The notes: generated from the letters alone by a model not told the origin. Counted from the stretch's first letter, positions 47,097 to 57,143 are shown. The stretch: 64,000 nt of DNA from Thermoflexus hugenholtzii JAD2 (GCA_945907765.1 CAMDTO010000003.1:15813-79812); one strand, 5' to 3'. A program made the numbers and translations.

Positions 47097-50000
47097 TCAC
47101 CCGCGCCGGTACATCGACTTGTCAACCTTCACGCCGAACTCTTCCTGCTTCTTGGCGAGTTCCTTGTTGATGTCATAGATGGCATCCTCTAGTGCCTCAC
47201 GCGGGTTCATTCCTTGCAGGACGACCCGGTTCCAAGCATTCAGGACGTGACGGCCGGTGAAATACCCGCCCAGCACCACCGGAGGTTCGCGGAACCACCG
47301 CCACTGCTCCATGATGGACGCAATGTCCTTCTTGGGCCACGGCAGTGCTTGGAGTGCCTCCAGGTTTGCCGTGTTCCAGCGTGCTTCAACACCGATCAGT
47401 GCCTCGAGTTCGCCACCGAAGCGCTGCTGGGCGTCCTTGGACGACCACCACTTCACGAACTCCCAAGATTCGGCCTTGTGCTTTGATTGCTCGAAGATCA
47501 CCATGCTCGCCCCGGTGCCACCACTGGCCCGGATGATCGTGCCGTCCGGCAACTTCTGACCAGTCTGCGGGTCAACGCACGGGATGACGGTGCCCATCGA
47601 CGTTGTGGAACCACACCGGTGCCCCGGCATTGGCCGCATTTCCCACCGACCGGTCAATTCCGGAGCCGCTACCGAAAGGGCGATGTAGACCCCGTAGCCC
47701 GCTACACCGATGGGCTGCTCACCCGTCCGCATGCGGGTGAAGAAGTTCGCCTCACGCGGAATCTTGTAGTTGCTATAGAGGTCAGTCCACTCCTGGAACC
47801 CGACCAAGGCCTCCGGGGTGTCGAGTGACGACCGGCAGGAACCATCCGTGCACTTGTAGTACTCGCCACCATTCTGGAACAGGAAGGGCGTGAACCCGAC
47901 CGCGCCGTCAGTCACTCCGACACCCGTTGGCGGCGGGTAGTAGAAGTCCAACCCGTTCTGCTGCAGTTTCAACAGCGCGTCATACAGGTCGTCCCACGTA
48001 TCGGGGGGCTTGATCCCAAGTTCACTCAGGATGTCCGTCCGGTAGAAGGTCATCGCAAAATCCTGGGTCTCAGGAATTGCCCAGTTGCCTTCCTCGTTCG
48101 TGAACGGCACCCGGTACCGGAACGGGACAAGCGCCCCTTCCCGGAACCGCTTGGCAATCTGCGGATAGTCCGGGAAGTTGGTCAGGTTGACGAGACCCTT
48201 CCGCACTGCAAAGTCAACCGGAAGCTGGCTTGGCACACCAACGGCGACGTCAGGCGCTTCGCCGGCGGTCGTCGCCAGCAATAAGACAGACCCTGCACCT
48301 TCACCAAGGCTTGCAGGCGGGATCACGTGGACATTCACCTTGATCCCGGTGTTCGGGGTGAAATCGTCCTCGATCATGTCCTTCATGATCTGGCCCCACT
48401 CGGTACCACGGCCAACCCACACATCAAGGACGGTCTCCTTGCTGTCCTTGGCGTAGCTGCTTCCCAAGCCAGTGTAGTCACGCGTGAAGGAGGAGATGAA
48501 AGTGCTCAGAGACGCAATCATCTGTTCGAACACGTTCGCCTGGACACGTGGCAATGGGGTATTCGCCGAATGGACGGTGAGCCAGTCAACCGCCAGCGGG
48601 TGGTTCTGCAAGTTAAGCAACCAAGTTGCCAGAATTCCCTGGCTTCTCATGAAGTCTTCAAGCAGACGGTGAATCTCGGCCGGCTTGTCAATCATCCGCT
48701 GCAATTGCGATTCGACGACCCGGAACGCCGAGGAAGCATCGTTCTTTGCCCGTCCGATCTCCTCCATGCGCGATGCCTGCAGTTCCAGGCGATCGTGCAG
48801 CTTCTTGAGGCGCGGCACAAGGGTCGGGATCTTCTCATGGAGGTCCCATTCCATGTTCACGTCCGGTTGGGACCCGGTGATCATGAGCATCTCGCGGCTC
48901 ATCTGGCTCATTTCGGAGAGCATCAGGTCGAGTTCGCGCATGGTCTCAGACATGAAACCAAGGGTGACGTCCATCTGGACGACATTCTTGCCCTTGGTGA
49001 GATGGAAAAGGTAGGGCTTGCCCTCCGCCAACTGGTTCTCGCGCATCGTTTCCAAGCGCCAGTCCCGCTCCATCCGGAACAGGATCCCACCTGCCTCACG
49101 AAACGGCACCTGGCCGTTGATTCGCAGTGACCGCATTCGGGGCCGTCGTCCTGCCCACCCCTGCCAGATGTTGAAACTCAGCTCGTATAGGCCTTCTTCA
49201 GGAACCTCCACTTCCCACCGTACCCACTGACCGGGCAAGCGCCACCGCCACCAACCAAAGGAGTTCAGTTTGAAAAGACCATCGGCGTAGGGACTTGCGA
49301 GAGCATCGAAGTTGACCTCACCGCGGACCGTCGGATCGGACTTCACCGTGGGGTTCTCGGCCTCAACAAGCGTGGCCGTCTTGACGTCGACTTCCTTGAG
49401 ACCCTTTGACTTCCAGATCTTCAGTTGCTCAGCGTAGACGGGAACGATCTTGGGCGAATGCACCGAGATTGACGCAAGGGCGATGGTCTCTCGCACCGTC
49501 TGGAGACGCAGGCGTTGACGCCCTTGTTCAAATAGGAACTGGAAGGGCGCGTCGTAGCGTCCGTCGGCATCCTCGATGGTCTTGGTCTCCCACTGGGGAG
49601 CCTCAATCTGTGCCGGTCGGACGTCGTTACCCTGGTTGTCCTTCTTCACCGCGCCGTTGTCTTGCCAGACCCTCTGGAAGACCACACGCTTGGCCTCACG
49701 GAACGGCAACTTGCCATTGATGAGCAAGTCGCGTTGGACCGACGCTCGCTTGCCGGGAATCGGGTAGTACTCCATCGTGATTTCGTAAAGACCAGTGGCG
49801 GGGACGTCAATTTCCCATTCGACCCAACCATCATCCTCTGTCCAGAGGAGCGTTGGTCCCGGGCGTCCCTTGAAGTTGTCGACCTTCTGCAGGCCTTCGG
49901 ACCCGCCGCTGCTCACGTAGTTGACTGCCGGGATCTTGATGTCAATGCCGGTCGTGGCTTTGAACTGCTTGTCCCAATCAGCCTTGACATCGGCGTAGAT

Positions 50001-50303
50001 CGGCTGACCCGCCAGATCTTCGGGAAGCATGTCCTCGAAGAGCTTGTCAGCCTTCGGTGCCCCAGGCATTGGCTTTGCCGGGGGTTGCGCCTGAGCAGTT
50101 AGGCCACCACCGCTTTCGGGCATGCTAGCCGAGGTGGCCCCGGCGCCGACCGGCTGCGCCAGTGGCGCAATTGCCATCGCAACAACCGCAACGGCAACCA
50201 CCCGGTGCGCCCAAGCTGTCAGGCGTGCGCCACCCACCGATCGCCACCGCGGCATCTGGGGCACATGCCCCCGCACGACGTTCACGATCGAACCCCCTCG
50301 CAT
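47097..50303 (-). CDS. Giant (1068 aa) extracellular solute-binding protein with two tandem CBM-like modules N-terminal to a family-1 SBP domain
   Basis: Start supported by GGAGGaacgcgATG. Signal/TM (VVAVAVVAMAIAPLA). Duplicated ~140-aa modules (WVEWEIDVPATGLYEI...LLINGKLPFREA versus WVRWEVEVPEEGLYEL...LRINGQVPFREA). The C-terminal half is SBP-like (VLDVWVGRGTEWGQIMKDMIEDDFTPNTGIKVNVHVIP...). Confidence 0.8.
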   Translation of the reverse strand: MRGGSIVNVVRGHVPQMPRWRSVGGARLTAWAHRVVAVAVVAMAIAPLAQPVGAGATSASMPESGGGLTAQAQPPAKPMPGAPKADKLFEDMLPEDLAGQPIYADVKADWDKQFKATTGIDIKIPAVNYVSSGGSEGLQKVDNFKGRPGPTLLWTEDDGWVEWEIDVPATGLYEITMEYYPIPGKRASVQRDLLINGKLPFREAKRVVFQRVWQDNGAVKKDNQGNDVRPAQIEAPQWETKTIEDADGRYDAPFQFLFEQGRQRLRLQTVRETIALASISVHSPKIVPVYAEQLKIWKSKGLKEVDVKTATLVEAENPTVKSDPTVRGEVNFDALASPYADGLFKLNSFGWWRWRLPGQWVRWEVEVPEEGLYELSFNIWQGWAGRRPRMRSLRINGQVPFREAGGILFRMERDWRLETMRENQLAEGKPYLFHLTKGKNVVQMDVTLGFMSETMRELDLMLSEMSQMSREMLMITGSQPDVNMEWDLHEKIPTLVPRLKKLHDRLELQASRMEEIGRAKNDASSAFRVVESQLQRMIDKPAEIHRLLEDFMRSQGILATWLLNLQNHPLAVDWLTVHSANTPLPRVQANVFEQMIASLSTFISSFTRDYTGLGSSYAKDSKETVLDVWVGRGTEWGQIMKDMIEDDFTPNTGIKVNVHVIPPASLGEGAGSVLLLATTAGEAPDVAVGVPSQLPVDFAVRKGLVNLTNFPDYPQIAKRFREGALVPFRYRVPFTNEEGNWAIPETQDFAMTFYRTDILSELGIKPPDTWDDLYDALLKLQQNGLDFYYPPPTGVGVTDGAVGFTPFLFQNGGEYYKCTDGSCRSSLDTPEALVGFQEWTDLYSNYKIPREANFFTRMRTGEQPIGVAGYGVYIALSVAAPELTGRWEMRPMPGHRCGSTTSMGTVIPCVDPQTGQKLPDGTIIRASGGTGASMVIFEQSKHKAESWEFVKWWSSKDAQQRFGGELEALIGVEARWNTANLEALQALPWPKKDIASIMEQWRWFREPPVVLGGYFTGRHVLNAWNRVVLQGMNPREALEDAIYDINKELAKKQEEFGVKVDKSMYRRG

Positions 50304-50339
50304 CGCGTTCCTCCGACTTCACCGCCGCCAAGGCGAGTG

Positions 50340-50358
50340 CTGTCTTTCTAATTGACAG
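50340..50358. promoter_or_regulatory. Inverted repeat CTGTC-n9-GACAG in an AT-rich patch upstream of the giant-SBP cluster
   Basis: ctgtctttctaattgacag, 37 nt upstream of the ATG at 50303. It overlaps a TTGACA hexamer (50352-50357, plus strand). Confidence 0.3.
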
Positions 50359-50614
50359 ATTGAATGAGCCAACCGCAGCAGGGTACCCGAGACGGCGGAA
50401 CGATTCGACGCAGCCCCTACACCGCTACCCGCCTAGGCCGGCGGCAGTATATCGGCGGCCGGGGCACCCGGCAACAGGCCTACCGCGGCCATGCCGCTAT
50501 ACTCCCCGCCGCGCGACAATCTATTCGCTCGCTGGCGCTTTCGCAACACGCGATGTGGCGATCATCGTGTGCGGACCCGACTGCGATGCCACCCACCAAA
50601 CGGGAAATCACTCG

Positions 50615-51193
50615 ATGGTTCTCAGCGACCGGACGATCAAGGAACTGATTGCCCAAGGACGGATTGGCATCAAGCCGTTCGATGGAACTTCGGTGCAACC
50701 GTCAAGCGTCGACCTCCGACTCGATTTCCGGTTCCGCGTCTTTCGAAGCACGCGTCACAGCCATATTGATCCGCGTGTCGACCAAGCCGACCTGACCGAA
50801 CTGGTCACCCTCGGTCCCGACGAACCATTTGTCCTGCAACCCGGCCAGTTCTGCCTTGGAAATACGCTGGAACAGATTTCGCTTCCCGACGACATCGTCG
50901 GTCGCCTTGAGGGCAAGAGTTCCCTCGGTCGTCTTGGTCTTGTCATCCACTCAACTGCGGGGTACGTCGATCCCGGGTTCCGTGGTCGCCTGACCCTTGA
51001 ACTCAGCAACGCAGCACCGTTGCCAATCCTGCTGTTCCCGACGATGAAGATCGGGCAACTCAGTTTCTTGCAGATGTCGACACCCGCCGACCATGCGTAT
51101 GGATCTGGGCCCTTGGGCAGCAAATACCAGGGCCAGGACGAACCGACCGCTAGTCGCATTCATCTCGACTTCGCGCGCGACCGGCACGGATGA
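50615..51193 (+). CDS. dcd: dCTP deaminase
   Basis: MVLSDRTIKELIAQGRIGIKPF...VQPSSVDLRL...GKSSLGRLGL.IHSTAGYVDPGF.G.LTLEL.N. Start trimmed from the track ORF at 50162. Confidence 0.9.
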   Translation: MVLSDRTIKELIAQGRIGIKPFDGTSVQPSSVDLRLDFRFRVFRSTRHSHIDPRVDQADLTELVTLGPDEPFVLQPGQFCLGNTLEQISLPDDIVGRLEGKSSLGRLGLVIHSTAGYVDPGFRGRLTLELSNAAPLPILLFPTMKIGQLSFLQMSTPADHAYGSGPLGSKYQGQDEPTASRIHLDFARDRHG

Positions 51194-51258
51194 CGGTGCC
51201 GGGCAACACACCGACATCTTCGCCATAACCCTTGATACCTGCGCTATAGTCGGAGGCG

Positions 51259-52923
51259 ATGCCAGTTCCACCACGCATCATGCAACCGACGGCCCGGCGA
51301 TCCTTCCTCGCCCTGACCGGGGTCGGTGCGGTGGCCGCTAGTGCAAGCCTTGCCGGATGCCAGGTCAACCCGTTTGCCCCGACATCAGATTCGCAAGCCC
51401 TGCGAACCTTCCTGTGGAACTTCGACACCCTTGATCCCGCATTCACTACAGGCGTCCTCGAAGCCGAGTACGTCGTGCACATCTTCAGTGGGTTGACCGC
51501 ACTGAATGACAAGCTTGAGGTCGTGCCCGACCTTGCCGAGAAATGGTCGGTTAGCCAGGACGGACGGATCTACACCTTCACGATCCGCAAGAATGCCCGG
51601 TTCCACGATGGGCGCTCCGTCACCGCCGCCGACGTCAAGTTCAGCATCGAACGCGCCGCCGACCCACGCCTTGGGTCGCCGGTCGCGCTGACGTACCTCG
51701 CTGATATCGAGGGCTTTGCCTCAAGACTGTCCGGGCAGACCCCCGAAGTGTCCGGAGTGCGCGTGAAGGACGACAGCACCATCGAGATCGCACTCGATGA
51801 GCCGCGCGTCTACTTCCTCGCCAAGCTCACCTACCCGGTCAGTTATGTCGTGGATCGGCAGAATGTCGCGACCGGTCCAGACTGGTGGTTGCAACCGAAC
51901 GGGACCGGCCCGTTCAAGGTAGCTCGCCTACGACCGGGAGACACCCTCTCACTCGTGCGCCACGAGGCCTACTACGGCACCAAGCCGGCGCTGACTGGCG
52001 TGGAGTACCTTGCCGTCGCACCCGTGGAAGCCTATGAGGCCAATGAAATCGACATTGCGGTGGTCGACCTTGCCGACATCGAGCGTGTGACCGACAAGAG
52101 TGATCCGCTCAATCGCGAGCTCCGCGTCCGCACCGACCTCGATATCCAGTACCTCGCGATGAGCGTCACCGCCAAGCCGTTCGATGACCCGAAGGTGCGT
52201 CAGGCGTTCAATCACGCCTTGGACCGCGATCGCATCGCAACCGTGACCCTGAAGCGCACCGTCATCAAGGCCGATGGCATCCTGCCTCCCGGCCTTCCCG
52301 GCAAGAGTGACCGCACGCGGGGACTGGACTTCGATGTCTCCCGCGCCCGGCAACTTATCTCGGAGTCGAGTTACCGGGATACGCAGAACTTCCCCGAAAT
52401 TTCACTGACGGTCATGGGGAACCGCACGGCACCTAATCCCGAGATCAATGCAATCGTGGCAACCTACCGGCAAAGTCTGGGAGTCGATGTCCGCGTGCGC
52501 CAAATGAACCGCGATGACTTCATTACAGCAACCCAGAAGGATCGCGACCGGCCCCAACTTTGCATGACGGGTTGGATTGCCGATTACGCAGACCCGCAGA
52601 ATTTCCTGGACATCCTGTTCCATAGCAAGAGCCGTGAGAACGTCTCGCGCTATGCCAATCCCGAAGTCGACCGGCTTCTCGAACGAGCGCGCAGCGAACG
52701 TGACAATGCCATCCGCATGAAGCTCTATCAGGATGCCGAGGTGCAGATCATCCAGGATGCGCCGTGGGTGCCTATGTGGCACACCAAGCGATACACGTTG
52801 GTCAAACCGTGGGTCCAAGGCTACACCGGAACTTCGGTGGTCCAACCGTGGCTGAAGGCGATATCGCTGAAGGGACGCCCCGAGTTGGTTGGTGCCACGC
52901 CAACCGCAAGCCGTCGGGCCTGA
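51259..52923 (+). CDS. Peptide/nickel-type (family 5) ABC substrate-binding lipoprotein; no cognate permeases adjacent
   Basis: Tat-like signal plus lipobox ([24 protein letters not shown]). Family-5 SBP features ([28 protein letters not shown]; [14 protein letters not shown]). Confidence 0.85.
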   Translation: MPVPPRIMQPTARRSFLALTGVGAVAASASLAGCQVNPFAPTSDSQALRTFLWNFDTLDPAFTTGVLEAEYVVHIFSGLTALNDKLEVVPDLAEKWSVSQDGRIYTFTIRKNARFHDGRSVTAADVKFSIERAADPRLGSPVALTYLADIEGFASRLSGQTPEVSGVRVKDDSTIEIALDEPRVYFLAKLTYPVSYVVDRQNVATGPDWWLQPNGTGPFKVARLRPGDTLSLVRHEAYYGTKPALTGVEYLAVAPVEAYEANEIDIAVVDLADIERVTDKSDPLNRELRVRTDLDIQYLAMSVTAKPFDDPKVRQAFNHALDRDRIATVTLKRTVIKADGILPPGLPGKSDRTRGLDFDVSRARQLISESSYRDTQNFPEISLTVMGNRTAPNPEINAIVATYRQSLGVDVRVRQMNRDDFITATQKDRDRPQLCMTGWIADYADPQNFLDILFHSKSRENVSRYANPEVDRLLERARSERDNAIRMKLYQDAEVQIIQDAPWVPMWHTKRYTLVKPWVQGYTGTSVVQPWLKAISLKGRPELVGATPTASRRA

Positions 52924-52987
52924 CGCCAACTCTGTCGTCACCAATCATCCCCACTCAATCCAAACCACAATCCCCAAAGGAACCACC

Positions 52988-53716
52988 ATGGCCCGTGTCG
53001 ATGGTCGCCAAGCGAACGAACTGCGTCACACCGTCATCACTCCCCACGTCCTGGATCATGCAGAGGGATCTGCAATGATCGAAGTGGGCAAGACGCGCGT
53101 CCTGTGTGCCGCCAGTGTCGAGGAAAACCAGCCTCCTCACCTCAAGGGCACCGACGAAGGGTGGATCACCGCCGAGTACTCCATGCTTCCCCGGTCAACC
53201 CACACGCGGTCACAGCGCGAATCGACCCGGGGCAAAGTTGGCGGACGCACCCATGAAATCCAGCGTCTGATCGGCCGGTCGCTCCGGGCAGCCCTTGATC
53301 TAAGCCGCCTTGGACCTCGCACGATCTACATCGACTGCGACGTGATCCAAGCCGACGGTGGAACCCGCACCGCGGCGATTACCGGCGGCTACGTCGCGCT
53401 TGCGCTCGCGGTCAACCACATTGCCTCGGTCCGGCGTCTCTCACGACCACCACTCCGCACGCAGATCGCTGCCGTCAGCGCTGGGATTGTCGCGGGCGAA
53501 CCACTCCTCGACCTCGCCTACACCGAGGACTCCCGGGCCGAAGTCGACTTCAACGTGGTCATGACCGGAGATGGGGAATTCATCGAGGTGCAGGGCACGG
53601 CCGAGGGGAAGCCATTCTCGCGGGCGCGCCTTGACACCATCCTTGATCTCGCGGGCACCGGACTTCAGTCGCTCTTTGATCTCCAGCGCAAGGCCATCGC
53701 CACCAGTCGTCAGTAG
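52988..53716 (+). CDS. rph: Ribonuclease PH
   Basis: [13 protein letters not shown]...[18 protein letters not shown]...[14 protein letters not shown]...[14 protein letters not shown]...[13 protein letters not shown]. Confidence 0.92.
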   Translation: MARVDGRQANELRHTVITPHVLDHAEGSAMIEVGKTRVLCAASVEENQPPHLKGTDEGWITAEYSMLPRSTHTRSQRESTRGKVGGRTHEIQRLIGRSLRAALDLSRLGPRTIYIDCDVIQADGGTRTAAITGGYVALALAVNHIASVRRLSRPPLRTQIAAVSAGIVAGEPLLDLAYTEDSRAEVDFNVVMTGDGEFIEVQGTAEGKPFSRARLDTILDLAGTGLQSLFDLQRKAIATSRQ

Positions 53717-53728
53717 CTGTGCGGGTGA

Positions 53729-55060
53729 TCAGTCCATCGCTTGCACGAGAGCGTTGAACTGGTCACCCCGATCGAACTCGTTCACAAACATTCCGAACGA
53801 AGCACACCCAGGCGAAAGCAACACAGCTGCGCCGTTTCCAGCAAGGCGAGCTGCTTGCGCAACCGCATCGGGGAACGAGCGATGCCGGCCCCGCACGCGA
53901 TCGTCACCTATGGCGGCCACTAACCGGTCGGTGGCGGAACCTTCAAGGAGGACGATGCCGGTCACACGCGACCTGGCGTCTGCCAGCGAAGACACGAGAC
54001 CTGTGAAATCCAATCCCTTATCCGCCCCACCAAGCAACAGCACGATCGGTCCGGCGACAGCCGCAAGGGCAACGACTGTCGCGTCGGGTGTCGTTGCCGT
54101 TGTATCGTTTATGTACCGCACCCCGCGATGGACGCGAACGACCTCCTGCCGGTAAGGCACCCCGGCAAAACCGCGGATTGCCTCCGCGATGGCGCCCTCT
54201 CCAATCCCTGACGCACGGGCCAAGGCTGATGCGCAATGAGCGTTCGCAAGGTTGTGGGACCCACCCCATGTGCTTCCCGGTTCTCCAAACCCAAGCAGCG
54301 GACCATCGGGACTGAACCACTCAACGCGTCCGGGTGCGGTCCTCGCGAAAGCGTCCGCATAGGCGTCATCCCGGTTTAGCAGCAAGACATCGCTCTGATC
54401 CTGATACATGAAGATCCGTCGCTTTGCGTCCATGTACGACGCCATATCGGGATACCGGTTCAAGTGATCGACCATGAGGTTTGTCACCGCCGCGGTTCCC
54501 GGACTCGTCCGGATCGCATCAAGCCCTTCCAACTGGAAACTGGAAAGTTCCAGGATCACGTCGGTCGTCGGGGTGATCCGCGACAACTGACCGAGGGCGG
54601 ATACGCGCAGGTTGCCGGCGACAACCGTGTCACGCCCAGCCCTACGGAAGATCTCACCGGTAAGTGTCGTGGTAGTGGTCTTGCCCTTCGTGCCAGTGAT
54701 CGCAACGATTCGCCGGCTTGGACACGCCAGGAAGAAGAGCGTCATTTCCATATAAATTGGAACGCCACGCTGTTCGGCCTCGCGCAGGAATGGTGCCTCC
54801 CGAGGCACGCCCGGGTTCCGAACGAGAAAGTCGATCCCGTCAAGATCGGAACTGTCGTGGCGTCCAAGCGTGTAGCCGACCGGAAGATCCCTGAGGGCGT
54901 CAACCGAGGTAGTCAACCGGTCAGGGGACTGCATGTCGGTGACATGGACGTGCGCACCTGCACCAACGAGGTACCGGGCAACACCAACACCACCCCCGTG
55001 CACTCCCAACCCCATGACCAAGGCACGGGCGCCTGATAATCCCACTACTTGCGTGCCCAT
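53729..55060 (-). CDS. murD: UDP-N-acetylmuramoylalanine--D-glutamate ligase
   Basis: VMGLGVHGGGVGVARYL...VAITGTKGKTTTTTL (P-loop)...GGADKGLDF. Start trimmed to MGTQVV. Confidence 0.88.
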   Translation of the reverse strand: MGTQVVGLSGARALVMGLGVHGGGVGVARYLVGAGAHVHVTDMQSPDRLTTSVDALRDLPVGYTLGRHDSSDLDGIDFLVRNPGVPREAPFLREAEQRGVPIYMEMTLFFLACPSRRIVAITGTKGKTTTTTLTGEIFRRAGRDTVVAGNLRVSALGQLSRITPTTDVILELSSFQLEGLDAIRTSPGTAAVTNLMVDHLNRYPDMASYMDAKRRIFMYQDQSDVLLLNRDDAYADAFARTAPGRVEWFSPDGPLLGFGEPGSTWGGSHNLANAHCASALARASGIGEGAIAEAIRGFAGVPYRQEVVRVHRGVRYINDTTATTPDATVVALAAVAGPIVLLLGGADKGLDFTGLVSSLADARSRVTGIVLLEGSATDRLVAAIGDDRVRGRHRSFPDAVAQAARLAGNGAAVLLSPGCASFGMFVNEFDRGDQFNALVQAMD

Positions 55061-55416
55061 CTCGTCCACGTCGCACTTTCCATCTCGGCAAACAAGCGTC
55101 CCACGGGCCAACCACATGCCATTTGATCGTGACTGGACGCACCAACCGCCCTGCCAACCATGAACGCAAACCTGTCAGGTGTGGCACCCCGGAACCCCCG
55201 GCGCAGAAGCGACGTTATACTGGCACGTCCGCGCTTACATCGAGGGCAGGCTTGATGCCACGTCGCTTCCGCTTCGGGAAGACGGGGCGGGAGCGCCTTC
55301 AGGGATGCCGGTCAGGCCATCCACCTCGCGTCATTGCCGGGATAGTCACTGGCGTGCCTGAACCGACTGGCGTCCACTTGGGCTGACACCTGTCTGCAGG
55401 AACCGACACCTTTCTG

Positions 55417-56037
55417 ATGGAAGATAATTCCTCCGCTTCGGAACGTCGCTATCCCAGTCCACCGGCCCAACGCCGAAGTGGAGAGATCTGGAAGGCACGC
55501 TTGGGCATGGGGTTCGTCGTGGCCCTCACGATGATCACCGGGGCGTTGATGTTCCGCGTTGCCGGCCTCGGAGTGAGTGCCGCCCTCAGTCCGTTCCAGC
55601 AATCAGGTGGCGCCGCCCTGGTCACTCCAACCGGGACCGCCGGCATGTCCGCGCGCACACCAACCGCAATCGCCGGTGCCGGAACCCCGATTGTCACCAC
55701 GTTGGCCGGAGCTTCGACACCGGCATCCATTCCGGGTCAACCACCTGCTGCAGGCCCAACCGCACCGGCCGGTGCGACACCCGCCCGCACGGTGGTCGCA
55801 ACCACCCCTGTACCCGGTGCCCCAACTGCAGTCCGTACCGTCACGACGGCCAACCCGGGCGCGGCCGTCACTGCAACGACCTCTGCCGGTGCTCGCGTCT
55901 ACAGCATCGCGAGTGGAGACACCTTGGGGGCCGTTGCCACCCGCAACAACACGACCGTGGATGAGCTGGTGAAGATCAACAACTTGCCGAACAAGGACGT
56001 GATGCTTCAGGTCGGTCAGAAAATCAAGTTGCCGTAG
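55417..56037 (+). CDS. Membrane-anchored LysM-domain protein with Ala/Pro/Thr-rich spacer
   Basis: TM (MGFVVALTMITGALMFRVAGL). C-terminal LysM domain (YSIASGDTLGAVATRNNTTVDELVKINNLPNKDVMLQVGQKIKLP). Confidence 0.85.
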   Translation: MEDNSSASERRYPSPPAQRRSGEIWKARLGMGFVVALTMITGALMFRVAGLGVSAALSPFQQSGGAALVTPTGTAGMSARTPTAIAGAGTPIVTTLAGASTPASIPGQPPAAGPTAPAGATPARTVVATTPVPGAPTAVRTVTTANPGAAVTATTSAGARVYSIASGDTLGAVATRNNTTVDELVKINNLPNKDVMLQVGQKIKLP

Positions 56038-56122
56038 CACCGCATGTCCGTTGGTACCCTCCCGTCACGGGCACGCGCACATGCGCCTGCCGGAACCATC
56101 GTCGGGAAAGTGGGAGCAACAG

Positions 56123-57022
56123 ATGAGCACACTGCGCGCCGGATTCATTGGCCTCGGCAAGATGGGCCGCCCGATGGCCCTCAACATGTTGAAGGCGGGG
56201 TTTCCGCTGACGGTCGCCAACCGTAGCCAGGGTGTCGTAGCCGATGTGGCTTCACATGGGGCCACCGCTGCCAAGACGCCCGCGGAAGTTGCCGCGAACG
56301 CTGACCTCATTGCGCTTTGCCTGCCGATGCCTGCGCATGTGGAAGAGGTCGTGCTCGGCCCAAATGGGGTCATCGAAGGCATCCATCCCGGGGCGATTGT
56401 CATCGACTTCAGCACCATCGGACCCTCCACGTGCCGCCACGTCGCTGAACGTCTCGCTGCAAAGGGTGCCCACTACCTGGACGCCCCAGTATCCGGTGGC
56501 ACGACTGGCGCCGCCGCTGGCACCTTGACGGTCATGGTCGGCGGCGACGATGCCTCGTATGCCACCGCCCTCCCGCTGCTGCAATCGGTCGGTCGCAAGA
56601 TCGTCCACGCCGGACCGGTCGGTGCCGGCGCCGTCGTCAAGTTGATGAACCAACTACTCGTGGCGATCAACCTCGCCGGCGCAGCTGAGGCCATGGTCCT
56701 GGGCGTGAAGGCCGGCGTCGATGCGACCTTGCTATACGAGACAATCGCCTCGGCAACTGGCAACAGTTTCCAGCTTGCGCGAAACTTCCCTGATCTCATT
56801 CTCAAGGGCAACTTCGACCCGATGTTCTCGGTCAACCTCCTGCACAAGGACGTCACCTTGGGCGTCGAGGTCGGACGCGAGCAGCGCGTACGCCTCCTGT
56901 TGAGTGCGCTGGTCCAGCAGATCTTCGAGGAGGCGCGCGACGCCGGACACGGCGAGGAAGATATCGCCGCGGTGATCCGACCTCTCGAGGCACTGTCCGG
57001 CACGTTCGTCCGCGCCCACTGA
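56123..57022 (+). CDS. NAD(P)-dependent 3-hydroxyisobutyrate/6-phosphogluconate-dehydrogenase-family oxidoreductase
   Basis: AGFIGLGKMGRPMALNMLKAGF (Rossmann fold)...DAPVSGGTTGAAAGTLTVMVGG...GAGAVVKLMNQLL. ATG at 56123 lies 7 nt after GGGAG. Confidence 0.85.
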   Translation: MSTLRAGFIGLGKMGRPMALNMLKAGFPLTVANRSQGVVADVASHGATAAKTPAEVAANADLIALCLPMPAHVEEVVLGPNGVIEGIHPGAIVIDFSTIGPSTCRHVAERLAAKGAHYLDAPVSGGTTGAAAGTLTVMVGGDDASYATALPLLQSVGRKIVHAGPVGAGAVVKLMNQLLVAINLAGAAEAMVLGVKAGVDATLLYETIASATGNSFQLARNFPDLILKGNFDPMFSVNLLHKDVTLGVEVGREQRVRLLLSALVQQIFEEARDAGHGEEDIAAVIRPLEALSGTFVRAH

Positions 57023-57143
57023 TCCCTTCCGCAGACCGGGGGGCCTCGTCCCCGGGTGGCGGTTCAAGACGTCCTGAACCGCCATCCAATCTCGATCGAC
57101 GAGGCCCGCTTCCGGCGGGCCGTTCTCTTGCGCCGGGAGTGTC

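Noticed and set aside
50162-50614. 151-codon N-terminal extension of dcd
   Set aside because: The extension is Arg/Pro/Ala-rich with no homology pattern. Canonical Dcd (~190 aa) begins at MVLSDRTIKE (50615). The extension would also cover the divergent promoter region of the SBP cluster.
55061-55416. Cyclic-di-AMP (ydaO-type) or other riboswitch upstream of the LysM-protein gene
   Set aside because: I considered this because such riboswitches often precede cell-wall genes. I could not find the conserved ACGGGG/CCCGA-type core elements or a pseudo-symmetric fold by eye. Only short direct repeats are present, and those are reported separately. A cmsearch would settle it.
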